This document shows positions 52,411-61,978 of a stretch of 64,000 nt of DNA, one piece after another. The notes beneath the pieces are model-generated. The model did no database searches. It was not told the origin of the DNA and was given only the letters and a program-made list of their open reading frames with translations. The stretch is from an uncultured Chloroflexia bacterium. Its GTDB lineage: Bacteria; Chloroflexota; Limnocylindria; Limnocylindrales; CSP1-4. Made by a program: the position numbers and the translations under genes. Each line of letters opens with the position of its first letter. The first letter of the stretch is position 1. The stretch spans positions 672,001-736,000 of the forward strand of contig CAVVJT010000004.1 of the NCBI GenBank assembly GCA_963748625.1. Direction: 5' to 3'.

Positions 52411-55400
52411 CTCGCCTCTCCGAGTTCGCCGTCGCCAAGCGGAGCGTGACGCTCCTGCTGGCGGCCGCCTTGTTCGTCGCCGGCCTCCTCGCCTGGGGCA
52501 GCCTCAAGCAGGAGCTGCTGCCCGACATCGAGTTCCCGGTCGTCACCGTCATCGCCCCGCTCCCGGGCACCGGCGCCGCCGACGTCGCCGAGCAGGTGAC
52601 CAAGCCGATCGAGCGCGCAATGGCCGGCGTTCCCCGCCTGGAGAGCCTGCAGTCCACGTCCGCGAACTCGCTCGGGCTGGTGGTCGGCCAGTTCGCGTTC
52701 GGCTCGGACGTCAAGGACATCAAGGCGACGATCGAGCAGAACCTGCAGAACGCGGGGCTGCCCGCGGGCGTCAACCCCCAGGTCTCCACGCTCAACATCA
52801 ACTCCTCGCCGGTGATCATCGCGAGCCTGGCGGCCACCAGCGACGACGGCCTCGACGAGGCGGCGCGCGTGGCCCAGGAGGACATCGTCCCGGCGCTGCT
52901 CGGCATCGAGGGCGTCGGCTCGGTCGACGTCACCGGCGGCGTGGAGCAGCGGGTGACCGTCACGCTCTACCCGGACAAGATGGCCGAGAACGGCATCAGC
53001 CTGGGCCAGGTCACGGGCGTCCTCGCCGCGAACAACCTCACCTTCCCGTCCGGCCAGATCACCAGCGACGGCACCAAGATCCCGGTCTCGACCATCGGGC
53101 GCATCGAGTCGCTCGAGGAGATCGAGGACATGGTCGTGGGCGTCAAGCTCCCGGCCGGCGCCGCGGCAGGCGGTCCCCCGGCGGGCGTCGGCGGGGCACC
53201 GGGCGGTGCGCCCGCGGGCGGCACCGGCGCACCGGCCGCCTCGGGCGCTCCGGCAGTGTCGGGCGCCCCGGTCGCCTCTGCGGCACCCATCGCCCCCAAG
53301 CAGGTCACCATCGCCGATATCGCCACCGTCACCCTCGACGGCGTCGCGACCACCGGCTTCGCGCGCACCGACGGCAAGCCCGCCCTCTCGCTCTCCGTCT
53401 CGAAGACCTCCGAGGCGAACACGGTCGCCGTCGCCGAGGCCGTCAGCGCCAAGCTCGCCGAGCTGGGCGAGCAGAACGACGATGTCGTGACGATCACCGT
53501 CGTCTCCGACCTGTCCACGTTCATCAAGGAGTCCCGGGACGGCCTGGTCAAGGAGGGCGGCCTTGGCGCCCTCTTCGCCATCCTGACGATCTTCCTGTTC
53601 CTGTTCAGCGTCCGCAGCACGATCGTGGCCGCGGTCTCCATCCCGCTCTCGATCCTGGCCGCGCTCGTGGTCATGCAGCTGACCGGGATCACCCTCAACA
53701 TCATGACCCTCGGGGGCCTCGCGGTCGCCGTCGGGCGCGTCGTCGATGACGCGATCGTGGTCCTCGAGAACATCTACCGCCACCGCGCGATGGGTGAGGA
53801 CCGCCTGACGGCCTCCATCAACGGGCCCAAGGAGGTCGCCGGCGCGATCACCGCGGCCACGATCACCACGGTGGGGGTGTTCCTGCCGCTCGGCTTCGTC
53901 GGCGGTCTCGTCTCCCAGTTCTTCCTCCCCTTCGCACTCACGGTCACCTTCGCGCTGCTCGCCTCGCTGATCTGCGCGCTGACCGTCGTCCCGGTCCTCG
54001 CCTACCTGCTCATCCACAAGGTCAAGACCAACGTGGACGAGGACGGCGAGCCGAAGAACTCGTTCTGGGTCAACGCCTACACCCCCACCATCACCCTCTC
54101 GCTGAAGAACCGCCGGACCAAGTGGGGCGTGGTCGCAGCCTCGCTGGTGCTGTTCGTCATCACGTCGGCCCTGGTGCCGCTGTTGCCCACCACGTTCCTC
54201 AACGCAGGCTCCGAGAAGATCCTCTCGGTCACCATCGCGCCGCCGCCGGGCACCAGCTCGGATGCGGTCCTCGCACGGACCACCCAGGCCGAGGCGATCC
54301 TCGGCGACCTCGAGCAGGTGATCCTGGTCCAGAGCTCCATCCCGGGTGAGGGCGACTCGGGTGCCCAGACGCTCGCCGCGGCCCGCGGCGGCCGCCCCGC
54401 CAACTCGGCCCGGATGACCGTCCGGCTCGAGGACAACGTCGACCTCAACGAGCAGTCCAAGGCCCTGTCCGATGCGCTGGCGCCAGTCAAGACCGACGGC
54501 TTCGACGTCGCGGTCGGCCAGGCGTCCGGCTTCGGGTCCAACGGCCTCAGCGTGATCGTGTCGGGCGAGAACCGCGACGAGGTCCTGGCCGCCAACGACG
54601 CGCTGCTCGCGGCCCTCGCGAGCGACACCCGCCTGCTCAACCTCAAGTCCGACCTGTCCACCGGGACCCCCGAGATCCAGGTCACCCCCGATCCCGCCAA
54701 GGCGATCGCGATCGGCCTCACCGGGGCACAGGTCGCCCAGGAGGTCCGCGCCGCGCTGGTCGGCACCACGGCGACCCGCGTCGTCCTCGATGCCAACGGG
54801 GACGCCACCGACCTCTACGTCCGCCTCGACCCGGAGGCCGTCCGGTCCGTCGAGGATCTGCGCGACCTGCCGGTCGGCACCGCCGCCAAGCTCCCGCTCG
54901 GTGACGTCGCCATCGTCGAGGAGGTCACCGCGCAGGGCTCGATCACCCGGATCGACCAGTCCCCCGCTGCGTCGATCGGCGCCGAGATCACCGACGAGAA
55001 CACCGGCCTCGTGTCCAAGGACGTCCAGGCCACCATCGATGCCCTCGTGGAGGATGGCTCCATCCCCGCGAGCGTGGACGTCCGGCTCGCCGGCGTCAGC
55101 CAGCAGCAGAGCGAGGCGTTCGGGGGCCTGTTCGTCTCGATGGGCGTGGCGATCCTGGTCGTCTACGTCGCCATGGTGCTGACGTTCAACTCGCTCATCA
55201 CGCCGTTCATCATCCTGTTCAGCCTCCCGCTGGCCACGATCGGCGCGTTCACCGCCCTGTTCGTGACCGGGCGCCCGCTGGGCGTCAGCGCCCTCATCGG
55301 CTTCCTGATGCTCATCGGCATCGTCGTCACCAACGCGATCGTGCTCCTGGACCTTGTCGAACGCCTGCGGCGCGAGGGAGTGGAGACGACCCATGCCCTC

Positions 55401-55697
55401 ATCGAGGGCGGACGGACCCGCGTCCGGCCGATCCTCATGACCGCGATCGCGACGATCCTCGCGTTGATCCCGCTCGCCGCGGGCTTCAACAACGGCTCCA
55501 TCATCGCGGCGGAGCTCGGCACGGTCGTCATCGGCGGCCTGTTCAGCTCCACGTTCCTGACCCTGCTCGTCATCCCGGTGATCTACTCGCTGGTTGACGG
55601 CGCCCGCAACTGGCGCAAGGCGAAGGCAGCCACGGGCGACGTGGCCGCGCCCGTACTCGCCCCGACCGCCGACCCGGCGGCGGCCCCGTCCACCTGA
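52407..55697 (+). CDS. AcrB/SwrC-family RND transporter
   Basis: GRVVDDAIVVLENI, GIVVTNAIVL, RVRPILMTA. Confidence 0.95.
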   Translation: MTRLSEFAVAKRSVTLLLAAALFVAGLLAWGSLKQELLPDIEFPVVTVIAPLPGTGAADVAEQVTKPIERAMAGVPRLESLQSTSANSLGLVVGQFAFGSDVKDIKATIEQNLQNAGLPAGVNPQVSTLNINSSPVIIASLAATSDDGLDEAARVAQEDIVPALLGIEGVGSVDVTGGVEQRVTVTLYPDKMAENGISLGQVTGVLAANNLTFPSGQITSDGTKIPVSTIGRIESLEEIEDMVVGVKLPAGAAAGGPPAGVGGAPGGAPAGGTGAPAASGAPAVSGAPVASAAPIAPKQVTIADIATVTLDGVATTGFARTDGKPALSLSVSKTSEANTVAVAEAVSAKLAELGEQNDDVVTITVVSDLSTFIKESRDGLVKEGGLGALFAILTIFLFLFSVRSTIVAAVSIPLSILAALVVMQLTGITLNIMTLGGLAVAVGRVVDDAIVVLENIYRHRAMGEDRLTASINGPKEVAGAITAATITTVGVFLPLGFVGGLVSQFFLPFALTVTFALLASLICALTVVPVLAYLLIHKVKTNVDEDGEPKNSFWVNAYTPTITLSLKNRRTKWGVVAASLVLFVITSALVPLLPTTFLNAGSEKILSVTIAPPPGTSSDAVLARTTQAEAILGDLEQVILVQSSIPGEGDSGAQTLAAARGGRPANSARMTVRLEDNVDLNEQSKALSDALAPVKTDGFDVAVGQASGFGSNGLSVIVSGENRDEVLAANDALLAALASDTRLLNLKSDLSTGTPEIQVTPDPAKAIAIGLTGAQVAQEVRAALVGTTATRVVLDANGDATDLYVRLDPEAVRSVEDLRDLPVGTAAKLPLGDVAIVEEVTAQGSITRIDQSPAASIGAEITDENTGLVSKDVQATIDALVEDGSIPASVDVRLAGVSQQQSEAFGGLFVSMGVAILVVYVAMVLTFNSLITPFIILFSLPLATIGAFTALFVTGRPLGVSALIGFLMLIGIVVTNAIVLLDLVERLRREGVETTHALIEGGRTRVRPILMTAIATILALIPLAAGFNNGSIIAAELGTVVIGGLFSSTFLTLLVIPVIYSLVDGARNWRKAKAATGDVAAPVLAPTADPAAAPST

Positions 55698-55720
55698 GCA
55701 ACGGCCCAGCCCACGAACCA

Positions 55721-55747
55721 CCACGGGCGGCTTCCCGCCGCCCGTGG
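55721..55747 (+). terminator. Hairpin after the RND gene
   Basis: CCACGGGCGGC-TTCCC-GCCGCCCGTGG. Confidence 0.6.
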
Positions 55748-55809
55748 CACCCTATCGGTCCGGCCCCGCCGGGCCCTCAAGCCCCCCGCTCCCGCCCAAG
55801 GAGGAACAG

Positions 55810-56250
55810 ATGGCGATCACCCGCTCCGCAGAGGTGGCCTGGACCGGCGACCTCATGTCCGGCAACGGCACCATCAACTACGTCTCGTCCGGTGCCTTCA
55901 GCCGCATGCCCGTGTCGTGGGCCTCGCGCACCGAGGACCACAACGGCAAGACCAGCCCCGAGGAGCTCGTCGCGTCGGCGCACGCCTCGTGCTTCTCGAT
56001 GGCGTTCTCGGCAGCGCTCGCGCGCAACGGCACGCCCCCGACCAAGCTCGACGTGAAGGCCGTCGTCACATTCGACAAGACCGACGCCGGGTGGCGCATC
56101 ACCCGCTCGGACCTCACGGTCCGCGGTGAGGTCGAGGGCATTGACGAGGCCACGTTCGTCGAGCTCGCCAACGGCGCCAAGGACGGCTGCCCCATCTCGC
56201 AGGCCCTCAAGGGCAACGTCGAGCTGGCGGTGGACGCCGCCCTCGCGTAA
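55810..56250 (+). CDS. osmC: OsmC peroxiredoxin
   Basis: SD AAGGAGG; SPEELVASAHASCFSMA, AKDGCPISQAL. Confidence 0.93.
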   Translation: MAITRSAEVAWTGDLMSGNGTINYVSSGAFSRMPVSWASRTEDHNGKTSPEELVASAHASCFSMAFSAALARNGTPPTKLDVKAVVTFDKTDAGWRITRSDLTVRGEVEGIDEATFVELANGAKDGCPISQALKGNVELAVDAALA

Positions 56251-56275
56251 CCCGCCCCTTCGTCCGCGTCACAAG

Positions 56276-56308
56276 CGCGCCGGTCGCCCTCGCGGGCGGC
56301 CGGCGCGT
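56276..56308. terminator. Hairpin between convergent genes
   Basis: CGCGCCGGTCGCCC-TCGC-GGGCGGCCGGCGCG followed by TTCT. Confidence 0.65.
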
Positions 56309-56344
56309 TCTGCGTTCCGTGGTCCAGGGGTGCGGCCCCGGCTC

Positions 56345-57283
56345 CTACCCGATCGTGAGGATCCGCCGGGGGTTGGTCACCGTGAGGTGCACGATGTCCG
56401 CCTCGGACACGCCGCGCTCCCGGAGCCGGGGAAGGAACACGTCCGAGAGGTAGGTGTAGCCGTTGCCCTCGAAGTGGCGCAGCTGGCTGTTGTGGCACAC
56501 GTCGTGGCTCAGGAGCACGCGGTCACCGTGGCCCCGGTGGAGCAGCTCGAGGAGCAGGTCGATCACCTTGCCCTCGCCATACCGTTCCATGGGCGTGAAG
56601 GACATCCCGAGGAAGTCGAACTCAATGGAAGCGCCCCGCCTGATCAGCGACAGGTAGTGGTCGAGCACCGGGAAGCTGTCGGCGTGGCCGATGACCACGC
56701 GCCCGGGGTCCACGCCCTCCTCCTCGAACACCGTGAGCTGCCACTGGCCGACGTCGGACATGACCGCGTGGGTGGTGATCGCCAGGCCGGTTCTTCGGGA
56801 TGCCCGAGCCACGGCGCGGTGGACCCGTTCCTCGGCCGGGGTCATCCACGGCTTGTCGGTCCCGATCTCACCCAGGATCCCGATCCGGATCCCGGTGTCC
56901 CCCACCCCCACGGTGGCGTCGTGGACCAGCTCCTCGGCAAGCGAGTCCACCGAGCGCTTCTCGATCATCACCTCGGGCGGGTAGTAGGCGGTCCGGTACC
57001 AGCCGCCGCCCATCACGATGTGGAGGCCGCTCTGCTCAGCGAGCCGCTTGAGCCAGGCCGGGTCGCGCCCGATTCCCGGCAGCGTAACGTCGGTCAGGCA
57101 GGTGCCGCCCGCCTCCTTGAACAGCCGGAGTTCCTCGAGGATCACGGGCTCGTCGGCGGTGAGCTCCCAGTAGTCCCAGCGATCCTGGATGTGCCAGAGC
57201 GTGCACTGGGTGTGCTCGTGGGGGAGGGTGAACCCGAGGGCCGAGGGATCGACCGGGCCCAGGACGGTCATGACGTGCGGCAT
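56345..57283 (-). CDS. Phosphotriesterase-related amidohydrolase (Php/PLL-like)
   Basis: TLPHEH, GEIG, TTHA, IGHAD, LLSHD, NPRRIL. Confidence 0.9.
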   Translation of the reverse strand: MPHVMTVLGPVDPSALGFTLPHEHTQCTLWHIQDRWDYWELTADEPVILEELRLFKEAGGTCLTDVTLPGIGRDPAWLKRLAEQSGLHIVMGGGWYRTAYYPPEVMIEKRSVDSLAEELVHDATVGVGDTGIRIGILGEIGTDKPWMTPAEERVHRAVARASRRTGLAITTHAVMSDVGQWQLTVFEEEGVDPGRVVIGHADSFPVLDHYLSLIRRGASIEFDFLGMSFTPMERYGEGKVIDLLLELLHRGHGDRVLLSHDVCHNSQLRHFEGNGYTYLSDVFLPRLRERGVSEADIVHLTVTNPRRILTIG

Positions 57284-57366
57284 GCGCAGATCGTAGACCT
57301 CGCGCCCGGCGGCGTCGCGCCGCAGACCGCGCTACGCTCGCGGCAGATGCGCACGAGGAGGAACCG

Positions 57367-57921
57367 GTGACCGAGCGACGGAACGAGCCCGTCACGGGCG
57401 ACGTGATCGAGGGTGGCGTGGTCCACGCCTACACCTGGGAGTGGAACGACGTCGGCGGGCCGCGCGGCAAGAGCCGCCTGCCGTGGTTCGGGATCTTCCT
57501 CGTCGTCTTCGGCGGCCTGATGCTCCTGCGGCTGGTCTTCCCGTCGCTGGCCGCGATGGGCTCGCTGTTCCTGCTCGCGGTCGGCGTCGCGTTCCTGGTG
57601 TCCTGGCTGGTCAACCGGGGCGTCGGATCGCTCTACCTCGGGTCGATCATCACCGCGCTCGCGCTCCCGGACCTGCTGGCGGCCGCGAACATCGTGTCGG
57701 GTGACGGCGTCGGGACGCTCAGCATGGGCATAGCGTTCATCTTCATCGGCCTCGTCCGCGCGAGCAGCCGGGGCGGTCTTGGCTGGCAGATCGGCCTGGG
57801 CGTGATCCTGGTGCTCATCGGCCTGTCGAGCATGGCGCTGCCCGACTTCAACGAGCTGGTCTGGCCGGTCGTGCTGCTGGTGATCGGCGGCTTCCTGCTG
57901 CTGCGGGCCGGGCGCCGCTGA
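57367..57921 (+). CDS. Hypothetical membrane protein (LiaF/LiaI-like TM repeats)
   Basis: SD GAGGAGG; 6 hydrophobic helices; WPVVLLVIGG. Confidence 0.72.
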   Translation: MTERRNEPVTGDVIEGGVVHAYTWEWNDVGGPRGKSRLPWFGIFLVVFGGLMLLRLVFPSLAAMGSLFLLAVGVAFLVSWLVNRGVGSLYLGSIITALALPDLLAAANIVSGDGVGTLSMGIAFIFIGLVRASSRGGLGWQIGLGVILVLIGLSSMALPDFNELVWPVVLLVIGGFLLLRAGRR

Positions 57922-57940
57922 ACCGGCCGCTTCGGGCGGG

Positions 57941-58146
57941 TTCTCATCCGCACAAGGATTGGATCGCCCATCTATCCGCGGAGGAATGGAATCCGGGGAG
58001 TCCGTCCAGGGCTCGGACCGTGAACCCCGGGTTCGGTGCATGACCCCTGCACGCCGTGGGCAATTCTCACCACGGGGATTGTTGGCCGATTCGATCCGCG
58101 CAGGGATGAATCGCCGAATTCCATCCGCGCAGGGATGGAATCGGGG
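57941..58146. repeat. Degenerate 29-30-bp palindromic repeats (core ATCC-N6-GGAT), REP-like
   Basis: Units at 57941, 57971, (58062), 58089, 58118; the last is ATTCCATCC-GCGCAG-GGATGGAAT. Confidence 0.72.
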
Positions 58147-58168
58147 GGCGAGCCCGACGCCGGCGAGC

Positions 58169-59509
58169 TCAGCCGCGCGCGGCGATCTCCTCGAGCGCCG
58201 CGTCGAGCGCATCGCCCAGGCCGTTCGCGATCCGGGCCAGCTCGTCATCCGTGATCACGAACGGCGGGCCGAGCAGCACGACGTCGCCGTCCGTGCCGTT
58301 CGCATTCCCGGTCCCGCTGTAGAGCAGGAGCCCGTGCTCCCGTGCGATGCGGACCATCGTCTCCACCAGCCGCACCGAGCGCGGGTAGGGCGTCCGCAGC
58401 TCCCGGTCGCGGACCAGCTCCACGCCCACGAGCAACCCGCGTCCGCGGATGTCCCCGACGGAGGGGTGGTCCCCGAGCCGCGCCCGGAGCAGGTCCAGCA
58501 GCCGCTCGCCCTTGACCGCCGACGCCTCCACCAGCGACTCGGTCTCGATGATCCGCAGCACCTCGCGGGCAACGGTCGCCGCCCCCGGCTGGTGCGAGTA
58601 CGTGAACCCGTGGACGAACCCGCCACCCTTGGTGATCGTCTCCCACAGCTCGCCGGACGCGGCCACGAAGCCGAACGGCCAGTAGCCCGACGTCGCGCCC
58701 TTGGCCGACACCAGGATGTCGGGCTGGACGCCGTAGTGCTGCATCGCGAACCACGCGCCTGTGCGCCCGAAACCCGTCATCACCTCGTCGGCGATGAGCA
58801 GGACGCCATGACGCCGGCAGACATCGGCGATCGCGGGCCAGTAGCCCTCCGGCGGCTCCACCGCGCCCAGGGTGGCCCCGACGATCGGCTCAGCGACGAA
58901 CGCCGCGACCGTGGATGGGCCGGACGTCGTGATCGCCCGGTCGAGCTCGGCGGCCAGCTCGCCGGCATCGCCCAGGGCCTGCGACCCCGGATCCCCACCG
59001 CGGTACGGGTACGCCGCCGACACATGCCGGAAGCGGCCCAGCCAGCCCTCGTAGGGGCGACGGAGCGGCTTGCGCCCGGACAGGTCGAGGGCGCCCAGGG
59101 TGTTGCCGTGGTAGGAGCCCCAGCGCGCGAACACCGTGAGCCGATCCGCCTCGCCCCGCGCGATCTGCACGCCGCGGGCCAGCTTGAGCGCGGTCTCGAT
59201 CGCCTCGGACCCGCCGCTCACCGGGTAGAGATAGGGCTCCACGACCGGGAGGTGCGGCCCGAGCTCCTCCGCATACCGCTCCAGCGGCTCGTTCGTGAAC
59301 GCCGACCCGTGCGCGTAGGAGAGCCGGCCCGCTTGCTCGGCGAGCGCCTCGGCGATCTCGCGGCGTCCATGGCCGACGTTCACGACGACCGCGCCGCCCG
59401 CGGCATCGAGGTACTCCCGGCCGTCCGCATCGACGATCGTGGAACCGTGCGCGGCAACGGCGACGGGCGGGTTGGGGACCGCCGAGCGGCGGAAGACGTG
59501 CCCGCTCAC
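58169..59509 (-). CDS. Class III PLP-dependent aminotransferase
   Basis: YLDAAGGA, SYHGNTLG, AEPIVG, IADEVMTGFGRTG, SAKG, HGFTY. Confidence 0.93.
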   Translation of the reverse strand: MSGHVFRRSAVPNPPVAVAAHGSTIVDADGREYLDAAGGAVVVNVGHGRREIAEALAEQAGRLSYAHGSAFTNEPLERYAEELGPHLPVVEPYLYPVSGGSEAIETALKLARGVQIARGEADRLTVFARWGSYHGNTLGALDLSGRKPLRRPYEGWLGRFRHVSAAYPYRGGDPGSQALGDAGELAAELDRAITTSGPSTVAAFVAEPIVGATLGAVEPPEGYWPAIADVCRRHGVLLIADEVMTGFGRTGAWFAMQHYGVQPDILVSAKGATSGYWPFGFVAASGELWETITKGGGFVHGFTYSHQPGAATVAREVLRIIETESLVEASAVKGERLLDLLRARLGDHPSVGDIRGRGLLVGVELVRDRELRTPYPRSVRLVETMVRIAREHGLLLYSGTGNANGTDGDVVLLGPPFVITDDELARIANGLGDALDAALEEIAARG

Positions 59510-59690
59510 GGGCGGGCCGGGGTGGTATGGGTGCTCACCCCGAGATTGTAGGCCCGGTCGTGACCAGACCACTGGTGCTGGCGGGTCCGCGAGCTGCAGG
59601 CGGCGGCAGATCACTGCGGCAGGCGCGAAACGGGCGGGGCCCGGCACGAAGGCCAGACCCCGCCCGACGCGCGGCGGATCCGAGGGAGAT

Positions 59691-60890
59691 CTAGACCCGC
59701 CCCTTCGGCACGGTGTGCCAGTACGTCTTGTTGAAGATGACCTTGCCCAGGTGCCACATCCTGCCGGGCTTGGGCGGCTTGGGCGGGTGCTCGTAGTCGA
59801 ACTGGAGCAGGGTGCCCTTCCCGTCGCCGACCTCGAAGAAGCACATCACCTTGCCGGTGTAGTTCGCCTCCTTGCCCTCGGGCTCGCGGCCCTGGACAGC
59901 GGCGGAGACCCGCTCAGCCACGATCGGGGCCTCGAAGTGGGCGGTCGAGCCCGCCTTCGAGAGCGGCAGGTCGGTGGCGTCACCGAGCGCATAGATGTTG
60001 GCATAGCGCGGGATCGACTCGTCGGCCTGGCCCGGCGCCGGCTTGACGACCGTCTTCACCTGGAGGGTGTGGCGGTCGGTGGGCAGCCAGCCCGACTTCG
60101 GCGCGAGGCCGGAGTCGATGACCACCTGCGCGCCCTTGTGCGGCGGCACGCAGATGAGCAGGTCGTACGGGTGCTCCTCGAACGCGTCGGTGATGACCAC
60201 CTTGCGCTCGGCGTCGATCTCGCCGACGCCCGCGAGCAGCTCCAGCTGGATCCCCTTCTCCTCGAAGATCGGCGTGGCCATCTCCGAGACGCTCTCGATG
60301 GTGAACGCGCGGTTGATCGGCGAGAGGAAGGTCATCTCGGTCTTGTCGCGCAGGCCGCGCTCACGGAGCTCCGCTTCGACCAGGAAGGCGACCTCGAGCG
60401 GTGCCGGCGGGCACTTGTACGGGATGCCGGCAATGCCGATGACGATCTTGCCGCCCGTGAACGCGTCGAGTGCCGTGCGCAGCTTCGCGGCCGCCTCGGC
60501 GGAGTAGAAGTGGTAGGCCTCGGAGTCGAAGTTCGGCAGATCCTCGGGCAGGATCCGGGAGCCCGTGGCGATCACGAGCTGGGCGTAGCTGATGGTGGCA
60601 CCGGAGCCAAGGCTCACGGTCTGCGCGGTCGGGTCGATCTTCTGGATCGTGTCGACCATGAGATCGACGTTCCCGTCGAGCAGCTTCTTCTCGGGCTTGA
60701 CCAGCTTCTCAGCCTTCTCCTGGCCCATGGCGATGTACATGTAGCCGGGCTGGTAGGCGTGCTGACCGGTGGCGTCGATGACGGTCACCTTGGCCTGACC
60801 CGCCGCAATCTCCTTCTTGAGCTTGCGGGCGATCAGGTTGGCGGCCAGGGTTCCGCCGACCCCGCCACCAAGGACGACGACGTGCTGCAT
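59691..60890 (-). CDS. sqr: Sulfide:quinone oxidoreductase (type III-like)
   Basis: LGGGVGG, YKCPPAPLE, ALGDAT, KAGSTAH, VMCFFE (two active-site Cys). Confidence 0.85.
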   Translation of the reverse strand: MQHVVVLGGGVGGTLAANLIARKLKKEIAAGQAKVTVIDATGQHAYQPGYMYIAMGQEKAEKLVKPEKKLLDGNVDLMVDTIQKIDPTAQTVSLGSGATISYAQLVIATGSRILPEDLPNFDSEAYHFYSAEAAAKLRTALDAFTGGKIVIGIAGIPYKCPPAPLEVAFLVEAELRERGLRDKTEMTFLSPINRAFTIESVSEMATPIFEEKGIQLELLAGVGEIDAERKVVITDAFEEHPYDLLICVPPHKGAQVVIDSGLAPKSGWLPTDRHTLQVKTVVKPAPGQADESIPRYANIYALGDATDLPLSKAGSTAHFEAPIVAERVSAAVQGREPEGKEANYTGKVMCFFEVGDGKGTLLQFDYEHPPKPPKPGRMWHLGKVIFNKTYWHTVPKGRV

Positions 60891-60897
60891 CGTGGGC

Positions 60898-61140
60898 CTA
60901 CCGGGTCTTCTCGACGACGATCTCGTCATAGCCGTCGCGGGTGAAGGTGCCGACCATGGTGTGTCCGGCCTTGCCGACCCACTTGGGGATGTCGGTCTTG
61001 CTGCCCTTGTCGGTGGTCAGGACGGCAAGGACGTCGCCGACCTCGGCCTCCTTCATGCCCCGGATGAGCTCCATCAGGGGACCCGGGCAGAAGCTGCCGC
61101 GGGCGTCGATGGTGGTGGTGATGGTCGGGATCTCAGTCAT
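60898..61140 (-). CDS. TusA-family sulfur carrier
   Basis: DARGSFCPGP. Confidence 0.9.
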   Translation of the reverse strand: MTEIPTITTTIDARGSFCPGPLMELIRGMKEAEVGDVLAVLTTDKGSKTDIPKWVGKAGHTMVGTFTRDGYDEIVVEKTR

Positions 61141-61210
61141 CAGAAGTACTCCGGAAAGTGGGACGCCGGGGCGGCGGCGGGACGCTTGGATGCCGCCAGC
61201 CCCGAGGGGA

Positions 61211-61741
61211 TCAGATGAAGAGCGGGGCGTAGCCCTCGGCGACGAAGCCGAGGTACGTGGCTGCGCCGACCGAAGGGCTCATGCCGTCGATCAGGTCGTC
61301 GGCGGTGATACCGAACATGTCCATGGTCATCTGGCAAGGGATGAACTCGACGCCCAGCATGGCCGCCATCTCGAGCAGCTCGGCCGGCTTGGAGACGTTG
61401 TACTGCTTGGCGAGCTTGAACATCATCCAGGGCCCCATGCCCAGGAAGTTCATCTTGGAGAGCTTGCGATGCGCAATGCCCGGACGGGACATCATCGCGA
61501 GCATCTTCTGCATCCAGTTGGTGCCGGTGATGCGCTTGCCCGGCTTGACGAACGTCTGGAGGCCCCAGAAGGTCACGAAGACCTTGGTCTCCATGCCCAT
61601 CGCCGCGGCGGTGGAGGCCAGGATCATGGCCGCCCACGTCTTCTCGAGGTCGCCGCTGTAGCAGATGATCGCGAGGCCCTTGGCGCCCGGATGGACGCCG
61701 GCGGTCTCGAGTGCGGACTCAGTCATCGGGTCGCCGCTCAC
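61211..61741 (-). CDS. DsrE2/DrsE-family sulfur-transfer protein
   Basis: SGDLEK, FVTFWGL, IPCQMTMD, GAATYL. Confidence 0.9.
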   Translation of the reverse strand: MSGDPMTESALETAGVHPGAKGLAIICYSGDLEKTWAAMILASTAAAMGMETKVFVTFWGLQTFVKPGKRITGTNWMQKMLAMMSRPGIAHRKLSKMNFLGMGPWMMFKLAKQYNVSKPAELLEMAAMLGVEFIPCQMTMDMFGITADDLIDGMSPSVGAATYLGFVAEGYAPLFI

Positions 61742-61962
61742 TTCTTGCGCAGGACGAAGCGGTAGACGCCGCCGTCCACGGTCTGCTCGACCATGTCGTT
61801 GCCGGTGGTCTTGGACCAGGCGGCGAAGTCCTTCGTGGACCCCGGATCGGTGGCGAGCACCTCGAGCGTCTGGCCCGAGGTCATCCCCTTGACGGCCTGC
61901 GCCGTCTTGACGATCGGCATCGGGCAGTTGAGCCCGCGTGCGTCGACCTGAACGTCAGCCAT
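61738..61962 (-). CDS. tusA: TusA-family sulfur carrier
   Basis: DARGLNCPMP, ATDPGS, DFAAW. Confidence 0.9.
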   Translation of the reverse strand: MADVQVDARGLNCPMPIVKTAQAVKGMTSGQTLEVLATDPGSTKDFAAWSKTTGNDMVEQTVDGGVYRFVLRKK

Positions 61963-61978
61963 GAGTTCGGTCCCTTTC

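Noticed and set aside
51939-55724. 1261-aa minus-strand ORF
   Set aside because: Antisense shadow of marR-RND.
5744-57283. Quorum-quenching or beta-lactam system from C45, penicillin acylase and PTE-like genes
   Set aside because: The genes are tens of kb apart and unlinked, and these families are too promiscuous to assign a substrate.
57941-58146. CRISPR array call
   Set aside because: Units are degenerate and adjacent, with no unique spacers and no cas genes; kept as a REP-like repeat.
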